In this document: in pieces, positions 1 to 6,691 of the stretch | How the letters are laid out: each line of letters begins with the position of its first letter | How positions within the stretch are numbered: position 1 is the stretch's first letter | IMG/VR virus record: IMGVR_UViG_3300044670_000088 | Location: 1-33,048 of that record | Origin: a virus | Taxonomy: Duplodnaviria > Caudoviricetes | Direction: 5' to 3' (one strand) | Length of the DNA: 33,048 bases | The notes under the pieces: model-generated | Seen by the model: the letters and a program-made list of their open reading frames with translations, nothing else | Told to the model about the DNA's origin: nothing | The model's database searches: none | Program-made: the position numbers and the translations under genes

Positions 1-28
1 ATTTAACATAATACATTTTATGCGACTA
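1..28 (-). other. dif: dif-like XerC/XerD recombination site
   Basis: Minus strand reads TAGTCGCATAA-AATGTA-TTATGTTAAAT, an 11-6-11 layout. The XerD arm is identical to E. coli dif (TTATGTTAAAT) and the XerC arm shares CGCATAA with E. coli GGTGCGCATAA. Confidence 0.9.
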
Positions 29-41
29 AGCAATTGTTTGT

Positions 42-54
42 TATCAAGCACTTA
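42..54 (+). promoter_or_regulatory. IHF binding site
   Basis: TATCAAGCACTTA is an exact match to WATCAANNNNTTR. A one-mismatch inverted copy lies at 27-39 (minus strand AAACAATTGCTTA). Confidence 0.6.
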
Positions 55-84
55 GCAGATCGCCCTATCCGCTGACCGCCCAAA

Positions 85-100
85 CCACAACATATAGTAT
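85..100. promoter_or_regulatory. NrdR-box-like site
   Basis: CCACAACATATAGTAT compared with the NrdR consensus acaCwAtATaTwGtgt; single copy. Confidence 0.45.
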
Positions 101-182
101 TTCAAAACCAAACGCCGGGGGTGGTGTTCTCGCGCGTAGCTCGGTCTCGATCAGGATGTGATATACACACACATTCCCCCAA

Positions 183-506
183 TCATCTGCTCATCAACGA
201 TCTCTTTGTTGCACCACCTTTGCTGCTTCTATCCTTGGCAAACCCTGTTGCCTCTGGCTCTCCCTTGAACCGTGGAAACCTTTTGCCTGTGTCCTCTTCG
301 TAACGCCTAGCTATTCCTGCTGCTGTCTCTTCATCAAGCACCATGTGTTCACCGTCTTGATTGAACCACACTGACGGTACTGCCCACCATTGATTGTCTG
401 GTGATGGCGTTGTGACTAGCCGCTCTGTCATTTGCCTTCCGTCTTCCAGCTGCACTGGCTTGTGCTTAGCTGGGTCAAACGGTACTGGCCCATTCCACTC
501 TGCCAT
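183..506 (-). CDS. Hypothetical late protein (107 aa) ending in KRSLMSR
   Basis: Translationally coupled to terS (TGATG overlap); protein-like composition. Confidence 0.8.
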   Translation of the reverse strand: MAEWNGPVPFDPAKHKPVQLEDGRQMTERLVTTPSPDNQWWAVPSVWFNQDGEHMVLDEETAAGIARRYEEDTGKRFPRFKGEPEATGFAKDRSSKGGATKRSLMSR

Positions 507-967
507 CAGTGCTTAACGATCTCCTGCTGCTGCGTGCTGACTGTCACGCTGTCCTCGTCGTGTGCGCTGACAGCTACATCACCGCCTGCCCATGATATTG
601 TGATGGCCTGTTGCTGTGGTGCTTCCTCTTTCTTATCCCGGATACCCCAAGGCTGGTTTCTTCCTAGCGTCCACTTGAGCGTGTCTATCTCCAGCCTGCG
701 GCGTTGCACTTCAGCATTGGCTAACCTGTTGTCATCGAACTCTGGCAGTGGCGAGAGTGCTAGCTGATTGATATGATCTGTGTAGTATTCGGCCTGCATT
801 ACTCTGCCTTGCCGGTACATTTCCCACAATTCCTCGTCGCGCACTGCTGCCTTTGTGATTGCTCTGTAAGTTGGCATATCTGGATCTTTGACGATCTGCA
901 CGAGTGTTTCGCCTTGCGCTAATCTGTCCATGATCTTTTGCATGACTGCTTTTGTGACGCGTTTCAT
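506..967 (-). CDS. terS: Terminase small subunit (Sf6/P22-like)
   Basis: IMDRLAQGETLVQIVKDPDMPTY HTH and RRRLEIDTLKW motif. ATG at 967 with GGAAAG upstream is preferred over the TTG at 979. Confidence 0.85.
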   Translation of the reverse strand: MKRVTKAVMQKIMDRLAQGETLVQIVKDPDMPTYRAITKAAVRDEELWEMYRQGRVMQAEYYTDHINQLALSPLPEFDDNRLANAEVQRRRLEIDTLKWTLGRNQPWGIRDKKEEAPQQQAITISWAGGDVAVSAHDEDSVTVSTQQQEIVKH

Positions 968-977
968 TGTTCTTTCC

Positions 978-1007
978 AAAAAAAAGCCCCGCTACTGAGA
1001 GCGAGGC
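978..1007 (-). terminator. Intrinsic terminator immediately upstream of terS
   Basis: GCCTCGCT-CTCAGT-AGCGGGGC stem (8 bp, one G-U) followed by T8. Confidence 0.75.
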
Positions 1008-1079
1008 AAGTTCTCCTGCTTGGGAGGAAGGAGGTTCATCCATAAGGTAGAATAACCGGCCCAAAGTTCTGCCGATTAT
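978..1079 (-). ncRNA. Candidate ~100-nt late-leader/small RNA with CCUCCUUCCUCCC anti-SD motif
   Basis: Lies between a promoter-like element and the terminator. Contains hairpins CGGC..GCCG and CTCCT-TCCTCCCAAGC-AGGAG. Confidence 0.45.
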
Positions 1080-1114
1080 ATCCAAGTGTTAGCTTATTTC
1101 GGTACGCTGAGCAA
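1075..1114 (-). promoter_or_regulatory. Candidate late promoter
   Basis: TTGCTC(1114-1109)-N17-TAACAC(1091-1086), followed 5 nt later by TATAAT(1080-1075); A/T tract upstream. Confidence 0.5.
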
Positions 1115-1149
1115 GGAAAAATAACTTTTTTGTTCTTGCTGCTTGCAAT

Positions 1150-1166
1150 GTAACAGTATCTGTCAT
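1150..1166. promoter_or_regulatory. Operator-like palindrome, second copy
   Basis: GTAACAGTATCTGTCAT matches 4054-4070 at 13/17 positions and sits just downstream of a TTGCAA -35 (1143-1148). Confidence 0.5.
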
Positions 1167-1199
1167 ACCTACGTGTCAGCTACAATGAGGAGAAAAGCT

Positions 1200-1334
1200 A
1201 TGAACAATCTTAATAAACTGCGCGCTCTAATGCGCGACATGGAAGACAGCTTGGGCATCATCGGTGACATCATCGGTGCCCTCTCACTCTTCGGCCTGCT
1301 ATTCGTCGGCCTGTTCTTCGCCGGTATACTTTAA
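1200..1334 (+). CDS. Small single-pass membrane protein (44 aa), stand-alone transcription unit
   Basis: SD GAGGAG at 1187-1192; hydrophobic C-terminus IIGALSLFGLLFVGLFFAGIL; own terminator. Confidence 0.75.
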   Translation: MNNLNKLRALMRDMEDSLGIIGDIIGALSLFGLLFVGLFFAGIL

Positions 1335-1360
1335 CCGCAACCCGCCCTCACAGCCACAGA

Positions 1361-1391
1361 GAAGCCCCCTGAGTGGGGCTTTTCTTTTTTT
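1361..1391 (+). terminator. Intrinsic terminator
   Basis: AGCCCC-CTGAGT-GGGGCT followed by a long T tract. Confidence 0.8.
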
Positions 1392-1442
1392 ATAGACCTA
1401 CCTAGCCAAACCACACCTTACCATGCCCTGTTCAGCCGCATA

Positions 1443-1898
1443 TCAAATCCTATCCACATTGTTGCCCAGTACACGCGCTCGCTTGGGATCGATAATCCAA
1501 GTCAGTCTAATCAATGCAGCAGCATAATCTGCTTTGACAGTATGCCGAGAGCATCCCAGCATCTTAGATAGCTTTGTCCACTTTGGCCCTCTGCCGCTAC
1601 CGACTGCACTATGCGCCACAGCCCAGACAATCTGCCTGTCCTCTGTCGGCATCCGCAATCCCAGATCCATTGCAAGATCCAGCCGATCTATCTCAGCAGC
1701 ACTTGGCGCTACTCTGACCGGGCCAGCCTCTGTCCATCCATACGCATTCCAGCTTTGCACGTAGTCAGGCCAAGAAGACATCTTCTGCTTACGAAAGGCT
1801 GAAGGCAAGCTGCGCTCAGTCTCGGCAGCTTCCATGAACAAGTCATCAAAATCTGTGACCGTCCACCTGTGAAGATCCTCAAGCTTGGTTATCTTCAT
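1443..1898 (-). CDS. DUF6362-like protein with C-terminal sigma-4-type HTH; candidate late-gene regulator
   Basis: EAAETERSLP..SSWPDY..PSAAEIDRLD..DRQIVW..WTKLSKMLGCSRHTV; SD GAGGAGAGG before ATG 1898; last gene of the early-left operon. Confidence 0.75.
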   Translation of the reverse strand: MKITKLEDLHRWTVTDFDDLFMEAAETERSLPSAFRKQKMSSWPDYVQSWNAYGWTEAGPVRVAPSAAEIDRLDLAMDLGLRMPTEDRQIVWAVAHSAVGSGRGPKWTKLSKMLGCSRHTVKADYAAALIRLTWIIDPKRARVLGNNVDRI

Positions 1899-2274
1899 TA
1901 AACCTCTCCTCAATGATGTGACAGAACTGCGCCTGATCAAGCGGCTCCATTGCAGACAGGGAAGTTACAATCTCAATGTATCTATCGTGGCTCATCTTAA
2001 ACCTGAGCTTGCGCAGGATCTTGCTCAGCCTGTGCCCCAGCGGATCGGCAATGCTGGCCGCCTTGCCTGCCTTGTAGGCCGGTGACATTTTCGCAAGCGT
2101 CGACAGTAATACACTGTCTGCGCTTACACTGTAATCACTTACAGTGTTATTTATATTAGAGTAATCTTCCGTGTAATCACAGTAATCACTATGCTTAGCA
2201 CTGTATGTATTAGCACTGTAATCACTGTTATCTCGGCCTAGCGGCCTCGCGTTAGCGTATCGACGTATTGGCAT
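1879..2274 (-). CDS. Hypothetical protein whose 5' half carries iteron-like repeats (possible replication-origin gene)
   Basis: SD AAGGGG; repeated (S/D)DY(S/T) peptide encoded by GTAATCAC repeats. Confidence 0.65.
   Translation of the reverse strand: MPIRRYANARPLGRDNSDYSANTYSAKHSDYCDYTEDYSNINNTVSDYSVSADSVLLSTLAKMSPAYKAGKAASIADPLGHRLSKILRKLRFKMSHDRYIEIVTSLSAMEPLDQAQFCHIIEERFNEDNQA
2102..2229. repeat. Direct and inverted repeat cluster with AT-rich patch (candidate origin)
   Basis: GTAATCAC at 2131, 2173, 2182 and 2218; TTAGCACTGTA at 2195 and 2210; inverted repeats ACACTGTAA/TTACAGTGT (2126-2147) and GACAGT/ACTGTC (2102-2118); TTATTTATATTA at 2147-2158. Confidence 0.75.
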
Positions 2275-2277
2275 TTG

Positions 2278-2616
2278 TCAATCCCCTTTTTTTATGCGCG
2301 ACATCGCGTCGATTTCTTTGCCTATAACCTCTGCAATCTGCGCATCGCTGATGTTATCCTGCGCCAAATCTGCATAGAGATATGCGTAGTTCACCAAGTC
2401 TACGACATTGTCTTCATCATGCTTTCCGTAGATCTCTCTGGCTATCTTCATGTCAGCCAGCATAAGGCATGTCTGCTCAGCGCTAATAGGTACGCCAGCG
2501 ATTTGGCTCCACCTTTGGGCTAGCGCTTTGTAAAGCCTGATCGCGGGCCCGCGCAACTGCGCCCGGCTCTCCAATATCTGCGCGCTTCTTTTCTTTAATT
2601 CTTCGATGTAAGTCAC
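2278..2616 (-). CDS. DUF6378-like all-alpha protein (nucleotide pyrophosphohydrolase-related)
   Basis: AQRWS..ISAEQTCLMLADMKIARE..HDEDNVVDLVNYA; GTG start with GGAG SD. Confidence 0.75.
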   Translation of the reverse strand: MTYIEELKKRSAQILESRAQLRGPAIRLYKALAQRWSQIAGVPISAEQTCLMLADMKIAREIYGKHDEDNVVDLVNYAYLYADLAQDNISDAQIAEVIGKEIDAMSRIKKGD

Positions 2617-2752
2617 AAACAGTCTCCCAACATTTTTGGTTACTGGCGCAGATCAACTCGCCGCTAAGCAAGATGACCCAGCCATCTAGGTTTAAGTCAT
2701 GCAAGAACCCGCAGCCCTTGCACGTTACGGGCCTACTCTTCTTCCGACCCAT
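2483..2752 (-). CDS. Small Cys-rich (zinc-finger-like) protein
   Basis: CKGC..C..C pattern; fills the operon gap; 3' end overlaps the next gene by 134 nt. Confidence 0.55.
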   Translation of the reverse strand: MGRKKSRPVTCKGCGFLHDLNLDGWVILLSGELICASNQKCWETVCDLHRRIKEKKRADIGEPGAVARARDQALQSASPKVEPNRWRTY

Positions 2753-2975
2753 AGTCAGGCACCCAGCCGTAGCTGTCGCAGTCTTCGCAGGTTGCAATGC
2801 ATTCATCCAAGAAGCCACCGTTCACGTAATCAACAACCGCCTTCTCGGCTGTCACTTCACCATTGCCGTGACACGTACTGCACTTCTTCGCAGGCTCTTC
2901 CCACTTCTGGCCGTGTGCATAGAAAGTAAACACAGCCGTATCGCCTTTGATGTACAAGCTTCTGATGTCGCTCAT
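2733..2975 (-). CDS. DnaJ-type CxxCxGxG zinc-finger protein
   Basis: CSTCHGNG and CEDCDSYG; ATGA coupling with the upstream gene. Confidence 0.7.
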   Translation of the reverse strand: MSDIRSLYIKGDTAVFTFYAHGQKWEEPAKKCSTCHGNGEVTAEKAVVDYVNGGFLDECIATCEDCDSYGWVPDYGSEEE

Positions 2976-3262
2976 TTGAACGCCCGCCATAGAATGCAAG
3001 ACTTACCCCACTGGCTCTTGCCGCGCATGGTGCTGTCATAGATCTTACCGGCATTGCGTAGCTCAGAGATCCGGGGCTGGATGCTACCGTATGGCCGGTT
3101 TAACTTCGCAGCAATCTCTTCACTGCTCAGCGGCAGCAAAGAAGACTTCAGCAATTCATGCACCTGATCACGCAGCGTGACCTTGCGCCCTGCGCCCGAC
3201 ACTGCAGCAGCCTTGCTGGTGTCTGTGCCCTGATAACCTGTGCCTTGTTCTGTGTATGGCAT
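2972..3262 (-). CDS. Winged-HTH DNA-binding protein
   Basis: DTSKAAA..LSSEEIAAKLNRPYGSIQPRISEL..IYDS..R; SD GAGGAG. Confidence 0.8.
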   Translation of the reverse strand: MPYTEQGTGYQGTDTSKAAAVSGAGRKVTLRDQVHELLKSSLLPLSSEEIAAKLNRPYGSIQPRISELRNAGKIYDSTMRGKSQWGKSCILWRAFK

Positions 3263-3263
3263 T

Positions 3264-3605
3264 TCATTTCTCCTCTTTGGTTTCAATCCATCCGAGCCAT
3301 TCTAGGATAGCCTCGTATGTTTCCATCGGCAGCACAACCAACGTGCGCTCCCGGTCTTTGCGAACAAACAGCATGTCGCTGTCGTCCTGATCAAGCGCAT
3401 CATACAGATCTTGATACGCTCTTGCTCTGCGCTTGCACTCAGCAGTCAAAGCCAATTGCGGCCCCAGCTTTATGTCACTCGCATAGTTTCCCTTCATTGC
3501 ACCAGACAGCGGTATGCGCTCTGCTTCCACGCCCTTGTTACGATGCCAGTTTACTATCTCGCGCTCGTATGCAGCGCCCTTATCCCGGCTAGCCTTACCC
3601 CCCAT
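3264..3605 (-). CDS. Holliday junction resolvase (Hjc-like PD-(D/E)XK)
   Basis: SRDKGAAYEREIV..RIPLSGA..SDI..AECKR. Confidence 0.8.
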   Translation of the reverse strand: MGGKASRDKGAAYEREIVNWHRNKGVEAERIPLSGAMKGNYASDIKLGPQLALTAECKRRARAYQDLYDALDQDDSDMLFVRKDRERTLVVLPMETYEAILEWLGWIETKEEK

Positions 3606-3807
3606 TTACTGGCCTCGCTTTCGGTCTGATCGTCCAGCGCGGAGCTAAGCTTTGCTCTTGCGTGTAATCAGTTCTATGCCCCTGCGCATCAACGCCAACG
3701 CACTGCTCAGCAAAGTCATGCAGCTTGTGCTGTCTGGCAAATGCTTGGCAATCATCCCAGCTTTCAAACGGCATGAACGCTATGAATAAATAGCTCATGT
3801 TGCTCAT
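3595..3807 (-). CDS. Hypothetical protein
   Basis: ATGA-coupled to the Cro-like gene. Confidence 0.7.
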   Translation of the reverse strand: MSNMSYLFIAFMPFESWDDCQAFARQHKLHDFAEQCVGVDAQGHRTDYTQEQSLAPRWTIRPKARPVNGG

Positions 3808-4016
3808 GTCAGATCCCTATAAAAATCATTAGGCTTTACCTGCCCCAAGCTAGCAAGCTCTATCAGCCGCATGAACTTAGGCGCTGGCATCATCCGATCC
3901 TTGTGATCGGCAGGCAGGCACCAACGCCTTGCTACGGTTGCATGTGATGCACCCACCTTCTGCGCAAGCTTGGCATAAGAATACCCCTGCGCCTGTCTCC
4001 ATTGTTCTAGTGTCAT
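3804..4016 (-). CDS. Cro-like HTH (XRE) regulator
   Basis: MTLEQWRQAQGYSYAKLAQKVGASHATVARRW..GQVKPNDFY; first gene of the leftward operon. Confidence 0.85.
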   Translation of the reverse strand: MTLEQWRQAQGYSYAKLAQKVGASHATVARRWCLPADHKDRMMPAPKFMRLIELASLGQVKPNDFYRDLT

Positions 4017-4025
4017 AATCGCCCC

Positions 4026-4070
4026 TTGCTTTGTTTCTTCGTATCATATACATTTGACAGTATCAGTCAA
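4026..4070. promoter_or_regulatory. Overlapping divergent sigma70 promoters with a 17-bp operator palindrome
   Basis: Rightward TTGCTT(4026)-N17-TACATT(4049); leftward TTGACT(4070)-N16-TATGAT(4048); palindrome TTGAC-AGTATCA-GTCAA at 4054-4070. Confidence 0.7.
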
Positions 4071-4086
4071 TACGGGGAGATTTGAT

Positions 4087-5064
4087 ATGGGGCTGAAAGG
4101 TTCAACAGCTTTTGCTGATCGCTTTAATTATCGATGGCATAGCAACCCAAGTACCCCAGATGCTTGGACTTTTTTTGATAAGGCCGTGCAAAGGGTGCAA
4201 CGAGATGAAGCGTTTAAGATACTACGGGGCGAAACAGAAGGTGACACTTCTTGGGCCGAAAAGATCTTGGATCAAGGTGCGTACTATAAGGATGCGATGG
4301 GCTCAACGCAGTTCACTGACAATCCAAACATGGTTAGCGGAAGGGCAGTGCAGCAATATGCTGATCGGCTACTCGTCGATGAAGTATCACCTTCTGATGC
4401 ATACGCAGACGCAATCAATTTGCTGCATGGCTTTCGGGGCGGTGACTGGCGCGACACTGAGAAAGATGCGCGCATCATTGAGAACCGAGAGAGACTTTAC
4501 TACGATGCTGAAGGCAAGCGTAGCAAAGAACCAACTCATAATGAGTTCGGGCTTGTCTGCGAAAACGCAGCGGCAGGCATACGCGAGGCGATGCAAGGTG
4601 CGAACAGGATCACGGGTGAAATAGAATTGTTTGGCCCGCTGCCTGGTTGTGAGTTGCCATACTTTGGCAAGCCAGATTACGGTGATGGCCGGTGCGAGTT
4701 AAAGACGCAATGGGATCAGGCTGCAGATACAGACAGCCCGCGTGCGAACTCACTACCAAAAAAAATCAAAGCACCGCATATGATGCAGATCGCAGGCTAT
4801 TGGTATTTGTCTGGAATTGTGACGCGCATCGTCTATGCTAACAGGCTCGGATATGTAGTGCATGAGCCCACAGAGGAAGAGCTAGACCGTGCGCTCGGTG
4901 ACATTGCGTCAGCCTGCAAACGCCGGGAAAAACTTATGAAGGTTGCAGATGATGTACAAGATCTGCTGCGCCTGACCGATCCGCATTTTGCTGACAGCTT
5001 TGTCTGGCGAGATGTTCACCCAGAAGTATTAATGCAAGCCAAGAAAATGTTTGGAGTAATTTGA
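4087..5064 (+). CDS. PD-(D/E)XK exonuclease-like protein
   Basis: GKPDY..ELKT..HMMQIAGY motifs; SD GGGGAG before ATG 4087. Confidence 0.75.
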   Translation: MGLKGSTAFADRFNYRWHSNPSTPDAWTFFDKAVQRVQRDEAFKILRGETEGDTSWAEKILDQGAYYKDAMGSTQFTDNPNMVSGRAVQQYADRLLVDEVSPSDAYADAINLLHGFRGGDWRDTEKDARIIENRERLYYDAEGKRSKEPTHNEFGLVCENAAAGIREAMQGANRITGEIELFGPLPGCELPYFGKPDYGDGRCELKTQWDQAADTDSPRANSLPKKIKAPHMMQIAGYWYLSGIVTRIVYANRLGYVVHEPTEEELDRALGDIASACKRREKLMKVADDVQDLLRLTDPHFADSFVWRDVHPEVLMQAKKMFGVI

Positions 5065-5699
5065 TGGCAGATCTTTTAAACGCAATGAACGAGGTCAATG
5101 ACCTCAACCGCACGCACGGTGTAACGCAGCGTGGCGGTAAGAAATACACAGAGGTCTTTGTGCGCGTCGAAGCTTTTCGTAAAGCTTTCGGCCTAGACTT
5201 TGGCATCAACACAGAAATACTTGTGGATGATGGGCAGCGCGTAGTGGTAAAAGCTACAGTAACAAATGCACAGGGCACGATCATTGGCTCTGGCATGGCT
5301 GAAGAAGTACGCGGGCAGGGCAATGTAAACAAAACATCTGCATTGGAAAACGGGGAAACATCTGCGATAGGCCGAGCGCTTGCCAGCCTTGGCCTGCATG
5401 GCGGCAGCTACGCCTCATTGAATGAGATAGATGCAGTGCAAAGAAAGACGCAGGCAATGGCACAGCAGCCAGCACCGGCAGCACAGCCTGCAACACCTAA
5501 GTCAGATAAAGAACAAGCAATCGCTTGGTGCAAAGATCTTGTTGCGAAATACAACGCAGCAAATAGCAGGCGGGAGCTAAGCGAGATTGACCGCAACACA
5601 CCAGACGCAGCGCTGGAAGCATTGAAGAATGATTATCCAGATCTGCACCAACTGCTCATAGAGCGCTTCACTCAAAAGGAGAATAACCTTGTCAACTAA
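5064..5699 (+). CDS. Single-strand annealing protein/recombinase (Rad52/Sak-like)
   Basis: KKYTEVFVRVEAFR..VVVKATV..GSGMAEE..ALENGETSAIGRALA; lies between the exonuclease and the SSB-like gene. Confidence 0.7.
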   Translation: MADLLNAMNEVNDLNRTHGVTQRGGKKYTEVFVRVEAFRKAFGLDFGINTEILVDDGQRVVVKATVTNAQGTIIGSGMAEEVRGQGNVNKTSALENGETSAIGRALASLGLHGGSYASLNEIDAVQRKTQAMAQQPAPAAQPATPKSDKEQAIAWCKDLVAKYNAANSRRELSEIDRNTPDAALEALKNDYPDLHQLLIERFTQKENNLVN

Positions 5700-6063
5700 A
5701 CCAGAACTCGGCGTCAAAAGCTTTAACATCGATGGCTTTATGCACAACGGCGCACCCGTAGATATGCGCGCATCAGCATGGCTGAACGTACCAAAGGGAA
5801 TGGATCAAGATCCTGCGGCATCACAAGCACTAAACCAAGTGCGCCAGCTTATGATGGATCACGGCATCTCTGTGCGCATCCAACTGCAGCATCGTGCTGG
5901 AGAAGATCCCAAGACTTGGCCTCGCATTGCGAGCTTCCCGCTATTCCCGAACAGGCCGCAACAGCAGCAGGGGTTTCAGCAGCAAGGGTATCAAGCTCCA
6001 GCACCTTCTTATCAACAAGCGCCTGCGTCAGCGCAAGTGCTAAATGATGAGATCCCGTTCTAA
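5689..6063 (+). CDS. SSB-like protein
   Basis: Q/P/A-rich tail ending in DEIPF; TTG start with AAGGAG SD. Confidence 0.65.
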   Translation: MSTKPELGVKSFNIDGFMHNGAPVDMRASAWLNVPKGMDQDPAASQALNQVRQLMMDHGISVRIQLQHRAGEDPKTWPRIASFPLFPNRPQQQQGFQQQGYQAPAPSYQQAPASAQVLNDEIPF

Positions 6064-6338
6064 TGACGGCACTGGAAAGAATGAAATTGGACGCGAGGCT
6101 TTGCAATCAAGCCTTGCGTAAACTGTCAGGTGAACATATCGAAAACTTGAAAGCAGAAATTGCTGGGAAAAAGCCGGGGCCAAAGAGCGGCGTTGGATGG
6201 CGCAACTCACCGCTTACGCAAAAAGAAATAGAGGACATCTATTACTTCATTGATAAGGGATGGGATCGTCAATCAATTTCGCAGTTTGTTGGCGTGAGTT
6301 TAAGCAGCGTAGATAAATACAAATACGCTAAGGCCTAA
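6063..6338 (+). CDS. HTH DNA-binding protein
   Basis: LTQKEIEDI..GWDRQSISQFVGVSLSSVDKY. Confidence 0.7.
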   Translation: MTALERMKLDARLCNQALRKLSGEHIENLKAEIAGKKPGPKSGVGWRNSPLTQKEIEDIYYFIDKGWDRQSISQFVGVSLSSVDKYKYAKA

Positions 6339-6627
6339 GATCCTGATCCACCTGTCGCTGCTTGTTCTTTGACAGGCCGGTGTCCATCTTATCTAAGCGT
6401 TGCAGCATTGCGTTGTAACGCTTTTTCAGTTCTGGATCTATCGGCCCAGAGAGATAGTCTTTTATCTCAGCAGTGTAATTATTGATGCGCCGCTTCATGG
6501 CACCACCAGCTTCTTCATTGGTAAGACGATCACTCATTATGCTGCCGCGAAGTGATGTGATCTCTTTGTTCAGCACAGCGGCGCGCTGCTTTAACCTAGC
6601 CTTTGGCGTGACATTACCTTTGGGCAT
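6328..6627 (-). CDS. Hypothetical basic helical protein, last late gene
   Basis: Starts 1 nt after the upstream stop; converges on the early operon. Confidence 0.7.
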   Translation of the reverse strand: MPKGNVTPKARLKQRAAVLNKEITSLRGSIMSDRLTNEEAGGAMKRRINNYTAEIKDYLSGPIDPELKKRYNAMLQRLDKMDTGLSKNKQRQVDQDLRP

Positions 6628-6628
6628 G

Positions 6629-6691
6629 TTACTTGCCCTTCCCGTAGCTGTTCATCATAGACTTTTTCTTCTTAGGCTTGCTTCCGTACAT
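6629..6691 (-). CDS. 20-aa basic micropeptide MYGSKPKKKKSMMNSYGKGK (not in ORF track)
   Basis: GGAG-N7-ATG; the stop abuts the next start; carries the shared KKSMMN motif. Confidence 0.6.
   Translation of the reverse strand: MYGSKPKKKKSMMNSYGKGK

Noticed and set aside
732-1085. 117-aa minus-strand ORF overlapping terS
   Set aside because: It crosses the terminator and T-tract, starts at TTG with no SD within the promoter elements, and reads as an off-frame shadow.
1534-1544. TTGACAGTATG half-match to the operator
   Set aside because: Only a half site, inside coding sequence.
4112-4624. 170-aa alternative-frame ORF inside the exonuclease gene
   Set aside because: No SD, non-protein-like composition, and the host frame is not linker-like.
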